Part shown: piece by piece, positions 27,230 through 40,300 of the stretch
Layout of the letters: every line of letters begins with the position of its first letter
Numbering within the stretch: position 1 is the stretch's first letter
Source of the DNA: Octopus sinensis
Lineage: Eukaryota
DNA length: 64,000 bases
NCBI RefSeq assembly: GCF_006345805.1
Contig: NC_043014.1
Coordinates: 30,876,001 to 30,940,000, forward strand
Direction: 5' to 3'
Program-made: the position numbers and the translations under genes
Notes under the pieces: model-generated
Databases searched by the model: none
What the model saw: the letters and a program-made list of their open reading frames with translations, nothing else
Told to the model about the DNA's origin: nothing

Positions 27230-27440
27230 TTATTTTAAGTGGGATTGTAGAACACTACTTTCCAAACCAATTGATCTTCCATCAACCTCTCTGTCTTCAA
27301 CACTTACATTAAGAACCTTAAAGTTGCTTTTGATGGCAACCCTAAAACGTTTCTTTGGTTTATGACTTGGATGTTTACTATGTTGCAACTCGCTGTAAAA
27401 CAACTGCTTAGGTAACCTGTCATCCTGCATTCTAGTCATC
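27230..27440 (-). mobile_element. RTE (BovB-like) LINE ORF2 C-terminal fragment
   Basis: RMQDDRLPKQLFYSEL...KPKKRF...KSNFK motif. Confidence 0.9.
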
Positions 27441-27950
27441 CCAGTTCAACACATATGATTGTGTATGAGGAACATTTCAGTACTGTGTGTGTGTGTGTGT
27501 GTACAGATGCAGACGTGGTTGTGTGATAAGAAGTTAGCTTTCCAAATTCATGGTTCTGGGTTTAGTCCTATAGTATGGCACCTTGGACAAGTGTCTTCTA
27601 TAGCCCCTGGCTGAACCAAAGCCTTGACATGATTTGTTAGATGCAAACTGAAAGAAACTCATGTGTATGTGTGTGCATATTTGTGCGTTTGTGTTTGTCC
27701 CTCCACCAACAGTTGACTACTGGTATTAGTTTGTTTACATCCCCATAAGTTAACGGTTTGGCATACAAGACTGATAGAGTAAGTACCAGGCTTAAAAAAA
27801 AATAAGTAATGGAGTTGCTCTATTCAATTAATCCCTGACAAGACATTGCCTGGGCCTGAATGCAATGACTGAAACAAATAAAAGATAAAAGATATTCATT
27901 AAAGCGACTATACCTGTGCAGATTTATGTACATTGAATCTATGAGGTCAA

Positions 27951-28164
27951 TACAGTAATCCCTCGACTATTTCAAGTGTTACATTCGAAGACCCCACCGC
28001 AATAGATGAAAATCCGCAAAGTAGAAACAGTCCTGTACTGCGTATTTTCTAAAATCATTTTTATAATTTGTATATATTTATTTTACTATAGATGTAAAAC
28101 ACCACCACGGAGGAATCGACGTAAGCTTAAATAATAAACTGCGATATGGCGAAGGATTACTGTA
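27951..28164. mobile_element. Tigger/pogo-type MITE
   Basis: TA-flanked TIRs tacagtaatccctcg and cgaaggattactgta. A second copy lies in the opposite orientation at 57206-57431. Confidence 0.8.
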
Positions 28165-28366
28165 TATTGTTAATCTATTCATTTAAAATATATAAGTATA
28201 TTTATAGTGGTAGTATTCTTTAACAAGTTGCAAGTCAGTGACCTCTGTGATTATTTAAAGAGAGGGATGAAAGCTCAAATACAAGTGTATCTTTGTTTCA
28301 TTTGAGAATGTAAATTGGTGCCTTAAGCCCTTTTTAGGCATAACTGATTTATAGGGATAACATAAT

Positions 28367-28705
28367 GTTAAAGAAACTAATAGTTACCTATATTATTGTT
28401 TAATGACATTTGTGTGCAATGGGAAGGATATAATTTTTATGTTTCAAGACAAACTTACTGCCTGAAAGGAAATAAGTTTTTTCTTAAAGGACCCTACATG
28501 AAACACCATTCTTGAAATTCATGAATTTGAATGAGTTTGTGTACTATATGGAGGAGATGATATTGATGTTTCATGTCAGGTCCTTTAAGAAAAAGCTTAT
28601 TTCCTTTCAGGCAGTAAGTTTGTCTTGAAACATAAAAATTATATCCTTCCCATAGTACACAAATGTCATTAAACAATAATATAGGTAACTATTAGTTTCT
28701 TTAAC
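28367..28705. repeat. 139-bp high-identity inverted repeat with 61-nt spacer
   Basis: 28367-28505 is the reverse complement of 28567-28705 with few mismatches. Confidence 0.95.
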
Positions 28706-28928
28706 TCTTTAGCATTCACAGTATTCTGTCAAATATAATGTTTATATAAGCAAATTGTTCTAAATTAATCATGTATAACATTGTAGCATTGCAATTTCGA
28801 TGATGTGATTGTTTATTCTTAGAATGTCATTCTGTGGTAGGTTTGTTAGGCCAGATCAGGACAGTTTGAATATAAAATAGGTAGAATATTTGGGTTGGAT
28901 ATGGCTGGTTTAAATGCTAAAGGGTTAA
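28701..28928 (+). mobile_element. piggyBac-type MITE, full length
   Basis: TTAA-CTCTTTAGCATT ... AATGCTAAAGGG-TTAA. Confidence 0.8.
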
Positions 28929-31900
28929 TATTTTTATTTATAGTTTGAGATTATATCAATAGTAGTCGAAGTTTGAGGGAGAAAGAGGATGAGGTTCAAA
29001 TCTTTGCATTTTGGTGTGTAAGGAAGCATTGGTAGTCTCAGCTGTAGGAAGGATTGGTAGTAGTAGAAGTGATGGGGGGAAATTTTCACATTTTGGTCAG
29101 TGTCACTAATTTTTTCTTCACACGAAACATACTATCTGATGTTTTATTTTTCAGTCTTGTCCCTCAATTCAGTCCCTTCTACCACTTATATTATGGCCTT
29201 CAAACTTCAAGGGTATGCCTTGGCACTTGCCACCAGCTATATTTCTCTCTTCCTTTACTCAACCATCTCATTGATATTCTGATACCTGTCTCTTACGAGT
29301 ATGCTTGGCACTTTACCACCATTTCTATCCTACTATCTCTCTCCATCTCCCCCCCTCTCTCTCTCTTTCTGCACTTTCCTTAGGTTGGGTAACCATGTAT
29401 CACCTTTGCGGCAGCACACCTGTGTCTGTCTTCATTCCTGGTCTCTCTCCGGCCAGGTAACCTTGTACCTCCTCTAAAGCAAGACACCTGTTTCTGTCTC
29501 TCTGTCTCACTATAACCTTCCGTCATCTGACACAAGATCACCTCCTCCAATGCCCCCTTCCCTCTCAAAAGATTTTTGTTTTGCAAGTTACTTGATGACC
29601 CTGTCAGTACAGGTGCCACTTAAAAAGCATCCAGTTGACACTGTAATTGGTTGGCATTTCGAAAGGCATACAGCTGTAAAAACCTTGCCAAAACTGAGCT
29701 TGCCTGTGCTTGTGCCACATAAAAAGCACTAAGTCCACTTTACTGAGTGGTAGGTGTTAGGAAGGGCATCTAGCTGTAAAAATCCTGCCAAAACAGTCAC
29801 AGAAGCTTGGTGCAGGCTTCTGCCTGGCTGGTTTCTGTCAAACTGTCCCATCCATGCCAGCAAGGAAGGCAGACATTAAATGATAATGATTATATATATA
29901 AAGTGGTTATTTATTTTGTTGAGTCCCAATAGGAATAAAATGCATAGTCAACCTTGGCAGGTTTTGAAACCAGAGATATTATTCAATAATGCAAAAACAT
30001 CTTCCCAACACCCATCCCTCCATCACTCTTCTCACTATGGCACTACTTACTCAAGTGCTGTATTTATATGCTCCATTTCTGTGCTGTCAGAGTGGAAACA
30101 AGTGACACTGCTTGCATGTGACAGTAACACTTGTTTACAACTATCATGCAATGTTGAGAGGGGGAAAGACACACACACAAAAGCTGCTTTCAGTTTCAGT
30201 TTCCTTTTACCAAATCCATTTGTAGGACTTTGGTCAACCCATGGATATAGTAGAAGATACATGCTCAAGGTGTCACACAGTGGGACTGAATCTAGAAGCA
30301 TGTGGTTTGGAAGTAAACTTCTTACTACACAGCCATGTATTCTTATAAATAATTAATTTTGTTTCATGAAACCAATCTTTGCCAATGCATACACTCACAT
30401 AGAAAACAAGAGGATTGTTTCCTACAATTCAAACGACAACACTACACCTATCTCTTTTCTTCATAATCAAACAAAAAGTAAAAGTCCTGCAAAAATTCTT
30501 AACTCCTCACCACAAGTGAACTTATCAAACTCTATGAACATTTTTTTCTATGGTTAGTACTAGAAAGAGGATTTTATTGTTTGAAGAACAAACACATCAC
30601 ACACAAAGTAAATAAATATATAAATGAAAGTAATGTTGAATTATCCATTGCTTTTGTTGTTGTTGGTGGTGATGATGATGATGATGGTGATTGAAATGGC
30701 AACATTGAAGGTTGTTGGTGAGAGCATATAACAACAATGATGACATGTGAGAAATAATGTTGCTCTCCTTCTTCTGTTCTTTGATTTGTTGTTATAAAAG
30801 CTTTATTGGCTGTTTTTCAATTGATTGATGCTATAGTTATGTTTGTCTTTTTGTCTACCAACACATGATTCTGAGTCTGTTACATTATACACAAGTAGTT
30901 TAAAGTTGTTTGTACATTTGTCTATCTCGTAATTTGAAACACTGCTGATCAAGTATACCCATGGACATGCTATATATTGTCTTTTTCAATAGTGAAGTTG
31001 CTCTTTCTTTTACTTAAAGAGCCACAAATTTATCATGAATTTTAGAGGATGATGGTTACAGTTTTCATCAGCCAATTTTATCTCCAGAGCAATATTTAAC
31101 TTAACTATATCTCCATACTGCAAAAGTTGAAAAAAAAAAAAGAAAAAAATTACAGGCTATAAGTGATCAATAAGATCAATATATTCCTAAGGCACTAACA
31201 AAACATCTTGGTAAACTATGTGAAGGTGCTGAGACGTACTTTTTGTGCTTATCTTTTCAAAATATTTGAGTTGAAATTGCACTTTTAGTGTTGAAGAATC
31301 TTTGACAATGGGATATGCAGTAGTTGGCCAAATGAAATAACTATGATCCACAGATCCAAGGCACTGATTATCCTATATGGGAAAATTTCTGGCTTGATCT
31401 AGCAAGTGCAGCCAAGTCTTCCTCAGATATCACTCTACCATCTGAACAGAGTATAACAGAATAGCTAATTCCTAGATTTAATAAATTAGCAAAGGTGGTG
31501 ATAGGTATGAGGTATGACTGGAATGTTGATGAGGTGATAATGCTAGTTATAGAAAACAATAATTGTATATAGAACAAAAGTGGCTATGAGGTTAAGAAGT
31601 TTGCTTTGGAACCATGTGCTTCTGAGTTAAATCCAACTATGTTGCAACTTGGCCAAGTTTTTCCTCCATCCATCCATCTACACAATGGGACTGAACCTGT
31701 AAACTTGAGATTGGGAAGCTAACTTCTTAACCACACAGCCACATGTGTGCTTTAGTCCTTTAGCATTCAGATTTCTCTGTCAGATGTATAGCTTATTTAT
31801 TTACTTTGTTTTGAATTAATCATGTATTAGCTCATAACTTAGAGATTTCAATGATATGATTGTATATTGTAACATAGCAGTTTGGCAGAAGAGATTGATA

Positions 31901-32555
31901 GGAAAAAAAAAAGTACTGGTGTTGATTCATTTCACTAAAAAATTCTCTGAGGCAGTGCCATAGCATTGCCGCAGTCTAAGGACTGAAACAAGTAAAAATA
32001 TAATAATTAAAAAAAAAGGATATAGTTGACTCAGGAATAGATAAAACTTGAGATGCTAGGCTATTTACTTTAGAATAGCTATTGTGTTGTACAGTATCTG
32101 GTTATGGTTTGCAAATAATAATGAATAATAAATAAAATGGAATAACTACCACTCCCATCTTATGGTTGGGTGGCTAACTGTGAAAGAAACTGAAAATTTG
32201 TCAAAAGACCTTTCTAACTGTTGTGATTTGTATAAGTGACTGTAAACTACCAATAAAATATTAAATAAATAATAATAAAAAAAATGCTTTTAATTAATAA
32301 AACTATCCAAGCAGTTAAAATACCAATGAAGTCTAGGTAGAATCCACTATAAAATATTTTGGTTTTATTTACTTCATATCACATTATGTAAACAATAGGA
32401 TCGTTAATTGCAGATCTTCAGTGGACTAATCACTGGTTCACTTCATTTAAGATGGCTAAAGTGACAAGGGAGCGACTTTGCAACTCAGTGCTGAACAAAT
32501 ACTGCAAGGTATTTTTGTTTGAAACCCTTTGCTTTCTTGCCAATAAATATTAACA

Positions 32556-32587
<32 letters not shown>

Positions 32588-33301
32588 CATGCACACACAT
32601 GGCGGTTTTTCACACATTTTCTATCTACCAAATAACATGGTAAAAGAAAACTGCTTAAGGTGCAGCTGAGTGAGATTGGACCCAGAACCAGGTGGTTGTG
32701 ATGTGAACTCCTAAGCCATATAGACATTCTGCTTTACTATAATGGTTGTTGATAATGTCACAAGGAGTAATGCAATTTTAACTTTATATCCACATTTAAA
32801 ATCAGATAACAGTACGTCTTATCACATTTTATAAAAGATTAGTGCAACGAAAACTGAAAACAAAACAAAAAATAAATCAAAATCTCTTGTTATATTTGTG
32901 TTTGGCTGTCATTCTCATCCTATCATCATCATCATCATCACTTAATATCTGTCTTCCATGCTGGTATAGTTCAGATGGTTCAACAGGATCTGATGAGCTG
33001 GAGGATTGCATTGAGCTCCAATGTCAACTTTGGTATGTATGGTTTCTATTGCTGGATGCCTTTCAGAACACCAACCACTTTGCAGAGTGTACTGGTTGCT
33101 TTTTTCATGGCACTGGCCCTTGTGAAGTTGCTAAGTAATGTTCAAGACATGCCCACTTGACTGAGTGGAAGTATAGTTGAAAGGGAAGTGGTTTTATGCT
33201 GGATGTTGGATGTTTTATGCTGAATGTATGACAGAGAAAACAGGTATCTTACTGTGGAGACTCACACACACACACATTCACACATCACACTACACTACAC
33301 T

Positions 33302-33333
<32 letters not shown>

Positions 33334-36122
33334 GCGCGACAGACTTCTTCCAGTTTCCACCTGCTAAATCTACCCACAAAGCTTTGGTCAGGCAACCTGG
33401 GGTTGCCTGAAGTCACTTGCCCAAAGTGCTTTGTAGGGGGGCTAAAATATATTAATATATATAAAATTCATAAGAATTTGATAAACCTCAAGAAAATATG
33501 GTTCTTGAAGCAAATAAAGCTATAAATAACATTTACATGCTATTATACATGCTATTATTTATAGCTTTTATTTCAAGATTCAACTTTCCAATATATATAT
33601 ATAAAATCTTGCTGATCCTGCCAAATACAAACTAACCAGCTATTCTCACTGTAGATATCTCAAAAGTGATAGAAATGATTTCAGACAGAGCAGGTGATGA
33701 TGGTTGTTGTTGTATAGGCCAAGGCCAGTGAAGTAGATCTCTGTTCAGAGGGATTCTTGCTACAGTATTCTTGTCTTTATTTTTTTCTATTTTAGTGATT
33801 AACTATATTATTCAATCTCTGTATTTATAAATCAGTTAAGATGTAATTTGTGAGAGATTTCACTTCTATTTCTAGCTGGTCAAGTAGCTGTCAGTCTCAT
33901 TGGTTCATGATGACAGTGATGGTAGTGGTGATAATAATCATGATAATATAGAAGAATATAAAATGTTTCTGTATGAATGAAACTTACTGGCAAGAAAAAT
34001 AATTTTCGCTGAAAGATAGACGGACATACAGACAGAATATAACAGTGTCAATTGAATAGTTGGAAAGATATTTTTTAAATATGTTCTGTGACATTGTGGA
34101 AAGTGAACTGGTCATTATCTCATGGGGGAAATAATTTCTATAAAAGCAAATTTATATGTTAAAATTGAACTAAGTTGTTCAGCTGTGTTCTTCTGTAATT
34201 GAATATTTGAAGGTTTTAAAAGCCATTATGTATATTTAAAAAAATGGTTTGTAGGAATCAAAACTGTGTTAATATTACTTCTCAAAGAATTCTATATCCA
34301 ATTGCTTTGAATATTCCTTTCTTTCTTAAGTGCTGGGATTCCAGTGTTTCTCCCTCCTGACTTTGGCAAGCTAAATGATAGTAGCTGGTGGTCGGGGACT
34401 ATATTGTGCCTTCTTGGGTGGTATTTGAATAGGAGTGTGTAGGAGGCAAAAACGTTATTCTCCAGAGAGAAAAATTTCATTGAATGAGAACTAAAAAAAA
34501 AAAAAAAAGAAATCCAATCTGACAAATTTTGATGTTATTCCTTATTTGCTCAGTAATTGAGGCAGGTCAATAGAGTTCAGGTGTCATTAACCAAATGAAA
34601 TATTAATTGCTTCCTGTACAATTCCATTTCGTGCCTACCAGCCTCCACCTTTTCTCCTTTCTTTCAAAATTGTCTACACTTATTAAATATTTGCTTATGA
34701 GTAGAAAAGATGAAATAGCTAATAATCTTTTCATTCACTTCAAATCCCACAATTTATTTGTAACTTATATATAAAATGTTAATATAAACACCCATCATTG
34801 CCTAGCAGAAAATAGTTAAGATAAATATAGTTTTTGTGAATGTTTGGCATAAGCTTTTTTTTTCTTCTTTTTTTCTGTTTAAAAAAAAATTAAAAAAATT
34901 GTCTGTTATAACTTTATCAGAGAAGGGATGGACTGTGCTCATGACTTTCAGATTGGTGCCAATAGCCAACCTGAATAACTGCAGGTCACTGTCTGCAGGA
35001 AGGAAATACATAAACTTAAGGAAGGTGGTGGATTGCCACTAGTATTCTGATCTGTTGGTTTCCAATGAACTTCTTTAAAATCATTCAATCCCAGTTGGTG
35101 ATGTTAAACTTTGCAGAATTTTAGGTATTCTGACACCCCTCATTTCTGCACAAAAAAAAAAAAAAAAAATGTCTATGGTATGTCAGTATAGAAGGGATGT
35201 TCAGCAAGAAAGGAATGGTAATTTGAAGTAGGATTCAAATATTTACACAAATGATTAATTTTGGTTCCAGATATACTGCATTATGGTGCAGAAACTCTGA
35301 ACCTTTCCACTTGAGAGGTTCAGATGACATCCTATTACTTTGCTGAGACTCCTGATAAATTTGAGAATTTAGTTCATTAAATTCTGAGACAAAAAAAAAC
35401 AAAAAGAAACTGAAAAATACTTTCTCCAATTCCAACTGTGATGTTTTAATAGATAAGTCTTGAATTGTTTATAAATAATGTTAGAAATATAATGGCACTC
35501 ATACAATCTTTGTAAGTTTAGAGCAGTCAGATCATTACTTTAAGTGGAGTAAAATGAGATAATTCCTATGAGCTAAGAGTAACCTGATAATCCTTTTAAG
35601 TTGAGCACATCTAGTTGATTAGTTGATATTTATTTGGTAGCGTCTAAGTAATTCTGGTAAGATAACAACTGCTGACTGCTAACGTAGTCTTTGGGTGTCT
35701 TTAGTGCCCCCGCCCACTGTATTACAAGCATTTAGGCCCCATCTTCAGTTTAAAGTCATGGCTACTGCTCTTCCTCCTTTGACCAAAAAAAAAAAAAAAA
35801 AAAAATTCTCCTTAGAACATTAATCATAGCTGTGTGATTAAGAAGTTCACTATGTGATTTTGGATTCAATTCAACTATGTTGTTAGCTGAAGTGTTTTCA
35901 ATCACAACCTCATATTGCCCAAAACTTATGTTGATGTTTGATACATAAAAACTGTGTTGAAGTGTGCTGGGGACCATTCCTGTTCTTGTCTGGTTTATCA
36001 CCATTGTCTGGCACTTGGGTGCTTTTAGCAGAGTCCACTCTGTTACATTTATGTCAAATGTTTGCTTTGAGGATAACTTCTTTCCCTTTCTTCTTTGCCC
36101 AAGTCCTGTAACATGAAAATTC

Positions 36123-36172
<50 letters not shown>

Positions 36173-36232
36173 GTTGTATGCAAAATGAGCAGCTCTGAAA
36201 TATTTGGGCATTACTAAGTTGCCATCAGTTAT

Positions 36233-36459
36233 TCAACCCTTTAGCGTTCAGAATCCCTGTCAAATGCAATTCTTATTTATTCACATGATTTTGAATTAAT
36301 CATGCGCAACCTTGTAGCTTCAAGATTTTGATGAAGTAATTGCTTATTTTTATAATAACAATGTAGGGTAGATGTAAAAGGCCAGATTTGGTCAGTTCAA
36401 ACATAAAACAGGTGGAATATTTGGATTGGACATGGCTAGTTTAAATACTGAAGAGTTAA
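36233..36459 (+). mobile_element. piggyBac-type MITE copy
   Basis: tcaaccctttagcgtt ... aatactgaagagttaa, with an interior homologous to 28701-28928. Confidence 0.75.
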
Positions 36460-37234
36460 GTCAGTTAACTTTAAGATCTACATTTAGAATGGTTAAATGT
36501 AGTAGTAACTACCAGCAGTTACTAAGTTGGGGATGGTGGAATGTTAACTTATTGCCGGCAGCATTTTAGGAATATATAATAACAGTGTATAGTAGACACT
36601 ACATATATCTATCAGTAAGTATTAATTAAGTGAAACAGTTGACTCAATGCCAATAGAATCTATAATTAGATTACCTGTATCTAGTGGTCAAAGCAGGTAT
36701 TGCCAACCAACAGCTGAGGTCTGGAGAGGGTTTATAATTGTTGATGTATTTATGTCATAGTCTTACAGACTAATTTGGTTTTAGTTGGGATCATAATGTA
36801 TCAGAATTAATATATGTTGTCTTGTTGGTAACTGTCATTGAATGCTGATGTTGTTTTGAAGTAAATTTAGAGCACAAAGATACCCATTGAAAGAAACATT
36901 TGTTCATCAGTTCAACCATGGCTTCCTGTCTTCATTGTGGGAACATGTCTTAATATTTAGTACCTATGAATGTGGTGAGCTGGCAGAATTGTTAGCGCAC
37001 TGGGCAAAATGATGAGCAACATTTTGTCTGTCTTTATGTCCTGAGTTCAAATCCCACTGAGTTCAAGTTTGCCTTGCATCCTTCCGTGGTTGAAAATTTG
37101 AAACCAATATTTAGCACTAATTAGCAATGAAACTGTCTTCAGTAAACTTCTGTTCTCAAGATGTATTGCAAATGTCTCATCATTTTCTCTCTCTCTCTCT
37201 CAATGGTTCTGTGTCATTACTCCAGCTCTTGTAT

Positions 37235-37328
37235 CACTGTCTCTCTACCAAATGTCTTGTACCACTGTCTCTCTACCAAATGTCTTGTACCACTGTCTCT
37301 CTACCAAATGTCTTGTACCACTGTCTCA
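37235..37328. repeat. 28-bp minisatellite, 3 perfect copies plus a partial copy
   Basis: Unit cactgtctctctaccaaatgtcttgtac. Confidence 0.95.
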
Positions 37329-40300
37329 CTAAAGTTGGAAATAAATTATGCCTTAAGTTCAGTGACGGATGTGCTGTTCTAAAATTTAACAAAGGCATCC
37401 ACATTTCTCAATGATTCAAGTCTTTCATGTTTGCAACTACTGGCATATCTTTACTCTCCATAAGTGCAACTCTCTTTCTGTCAATTTTTTATGATATACA
37501 TTAATTTGTGAGCTAGTGAGGAAGCCTCTATGTAGTTGCTCCATTGCTAGGAACAGTAATCAGTTTTTCCTTAAAACCACACTCTACTATCTTAAAAAGA
37601 AATATTAAATATCTAAAGTATGCTATTCCTAAAAAGAAAAAGATGGTATGTCATAGCTGGAATGGCTTTGATCGTAGGTCTGCTCAGTCAAGACTGACCT
37701 GGGGCTAAACAGCAAACTATACAATTCCATCCTGAACAATAACAGCATTGAACTCCATAGTGTATGAAGGCCTGCCAAGACCATGGGTAGTGCTACTCTT
37801 CCTTGGACTGAATAGTAATCAATTAAACAAAAACAACTAATCTAAATGCTGTTTAGAATATGTTATCTGTCTTCAGTGCCCCCTTTCACTGAATGTTTAT
37901 TTAAAAAACACATCCTCTCCCTATGTCTTGCATAGATAAAAAAACAACCCCCAAAAAACCTCCTTCCCAGAAGTTAATTTTGCACTGTAGTTTATTGTCC
38001 ACATTTTCTTATAGTACATATCATCCAGCACGTTCTCCTTTTTAGATATTTGTATGGACTGTGTTAAGTATATTATACTGGATTTTGGTACATCATCAGT
38101 CATGTTTCTGCTCAGGCACAGACATGACTGTGGTATTAGAAGTTTACTTCCTAACCAGATGGTCTTCAGTTCAGTCCTACTGTGTGGCATCTTGGACAAG
38201 TGTCTTCTGCTATAGCCCCAGGTTGACTAAAGCCTTTTGAGTGGATTTGATAGATGGAAACTGAAGGAAGTCTGTTGTATGTATATGTATAGGTTGCATG
38301 TGTTACTGTCTCCTTGCTTTGATTTCATATGATTGTTGTAAATGAACATTAGCGTTATGCAAGTGATTGCCTTCATTTCCAGTCTTCTGTGAAAACATAT
38401 ATATTCAGGTATAAAATCTTATTTACATATTGTGGTCTGTATTAGCTACCAGTTGCTGACAGTGTCATTGAAAAGTCATTTGCAATATATTCTATTGTTA
38501 CAGAAGCTATATAATTCACACTGTACTGCATGCCATCATTACACTGCACTGTAGGCAATTTAGGGCACAAAGAGGTTAACTAAAACATCAAGAAGCGGGT
38601 TTGTAATCTGTAAAGATTAGTGGCTGTTATTTAAAAAAAATATCCCCTGTATGTTTAAACAAACTAGAAATTATGTTTCTGTGTATATATGGCTAGACTT
38701 GCATGTGTGTGCGCACTCATACACACACGCGAACACATTCTTCTGAGTAAACAAAATGAAAATTATGTCATTCTTTTACTTTTGCGACTGTGTCTTTTGT
38801 TGTCAAAGCACTGACTAATTACAAAAATGTGAAGTGCTTAGAAATATATAGGTCACAAACAAGACATGGAATCTACTTCAAAAAGTACCTGTTAGAAAAT
38901 AAAAATAACAACAACAAGAATAACAAATGAAATATGAAATAAAAATATAAATGCTGTATTGCTAAAACCCTTCTAAAACTTATTTCTTCATACAAATTGT
39001 CGATTATTGGTTTAGTGTAGATCAGCATTTGTCAAATTGGGATGTTCAAATTAATTTCCATGCGGGCTGGGGATTCAAATGAAACTTTACCTGCCTTTGA
39101 ATGCCACTTTAGAAAATTTAGAGCAAGGTGCTTGCTATTTCAGTTTGTCATCAAACAAGGGTGTCGGACTAACAAAACGGTTGGGAGACAAAGTTGTAGG
39201 TCAGTCACTGGTTCACTATTGGCCAATCACTGCTTCACTAAACAGCCAATCATTGGTTCACTTTAGGCTAATTCCTGATTTGCTGTAGGCCAGTCACTAG
39301 TTCACTGTACACTAGTCACCAGTTCACTTCATTTTAATACTCAGATGTGGATTGGTGCAGACATAGCTGTGTGATAAGACATTTGCTTCCCAACTACATG
39401 GTTCCGGGTTCCATTCCACTGCATGACATGTTGGGTGAACGTCTTCTGTGTGTGTGTGCGTGTGTGTGTGTGTGTATATATACTGTCCAATTTTATAATG
39501 CATCATCCTAATTATATGTGCAGGTGTGGCCATGTAGCAAGAAGCTTACTTGTCAACCACACGGTTCTGGGTTCAGACTCACTGCATGACACCTCCCACT
39601 ATGGTTTTGGGGCTGACCAAAACTTTTTGAGTGGATTTGGTAGATGGAAACTGAAGGAAGTCTGTTGTGTGTGTGTGTGTGTGTTGTGGAAATTATATAT
39701 ATGTGTGACAACTTGTGTTGGTGTGTTTATGTCCCTGTAACTTAGCAGTTCAGCCAAAGGGATTGAGAGAATAAGTACCAGGCTGGAAAAAATTAGTATT
39801 GGGATCTATTCATTTGACTTAAAATTTCTTCAAGGCAGTGCCCCAGCATGAGTGCAGTTAAATGGCTGAAACAAATAAAAGAAAAAAGATAAGAGATAAT
39901 ACTAATTAATTATGTTAATTAGTATAAGATCTGTTTAACATTGTTACTTTCAGTTTACTCAACTTTAGTGTAGTACTGGTATTAACATTTTATTAACTTC
40001 AGAGAAACACAAAGCCAGCATTGGTTGTGTTTGGACCATAGAACCTTGAGGTAAAATACTCAAAAAGATGCCAACTTGGCTCTGTCTCTCATCTATGTCA
40101 TCTCCTCCCATGCAGTGAGAGAGCTTGCTTGTAATTGCCCAACAAATTATAAATAATAACCAAGTCTCCTTCAAATCACACTGTAGAATATATTAAGTAA
40201 TGTAGTCTTTGATATCCTTAAAAAAAAAAAGACAGGATGATCACAGCAGGAGGGGCTCTTATTTTCAATCTACTTGATCAACACTAACTTCTGGCTAAAT

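Noticed and set aside
31354-31450. Open frame IQGTDYPIWENFWLDLASAAKSSSDITLPSEQ
   Set aside because: Acceptor lacks a pyrimidine tract, the donor is weak, and no homology was recognised.
34290-35440. Several minus-strand poly-T acceptors with short open frames
   Set aside because: Poly-A/T runs are ubiquitous here, the frames do not join into a coherent protein, and donors are missing.
37235-37328. 28-bp direct repeats as a CRISPR array
   Set aside because: No spacers, eukaryotic context and no cas genes.
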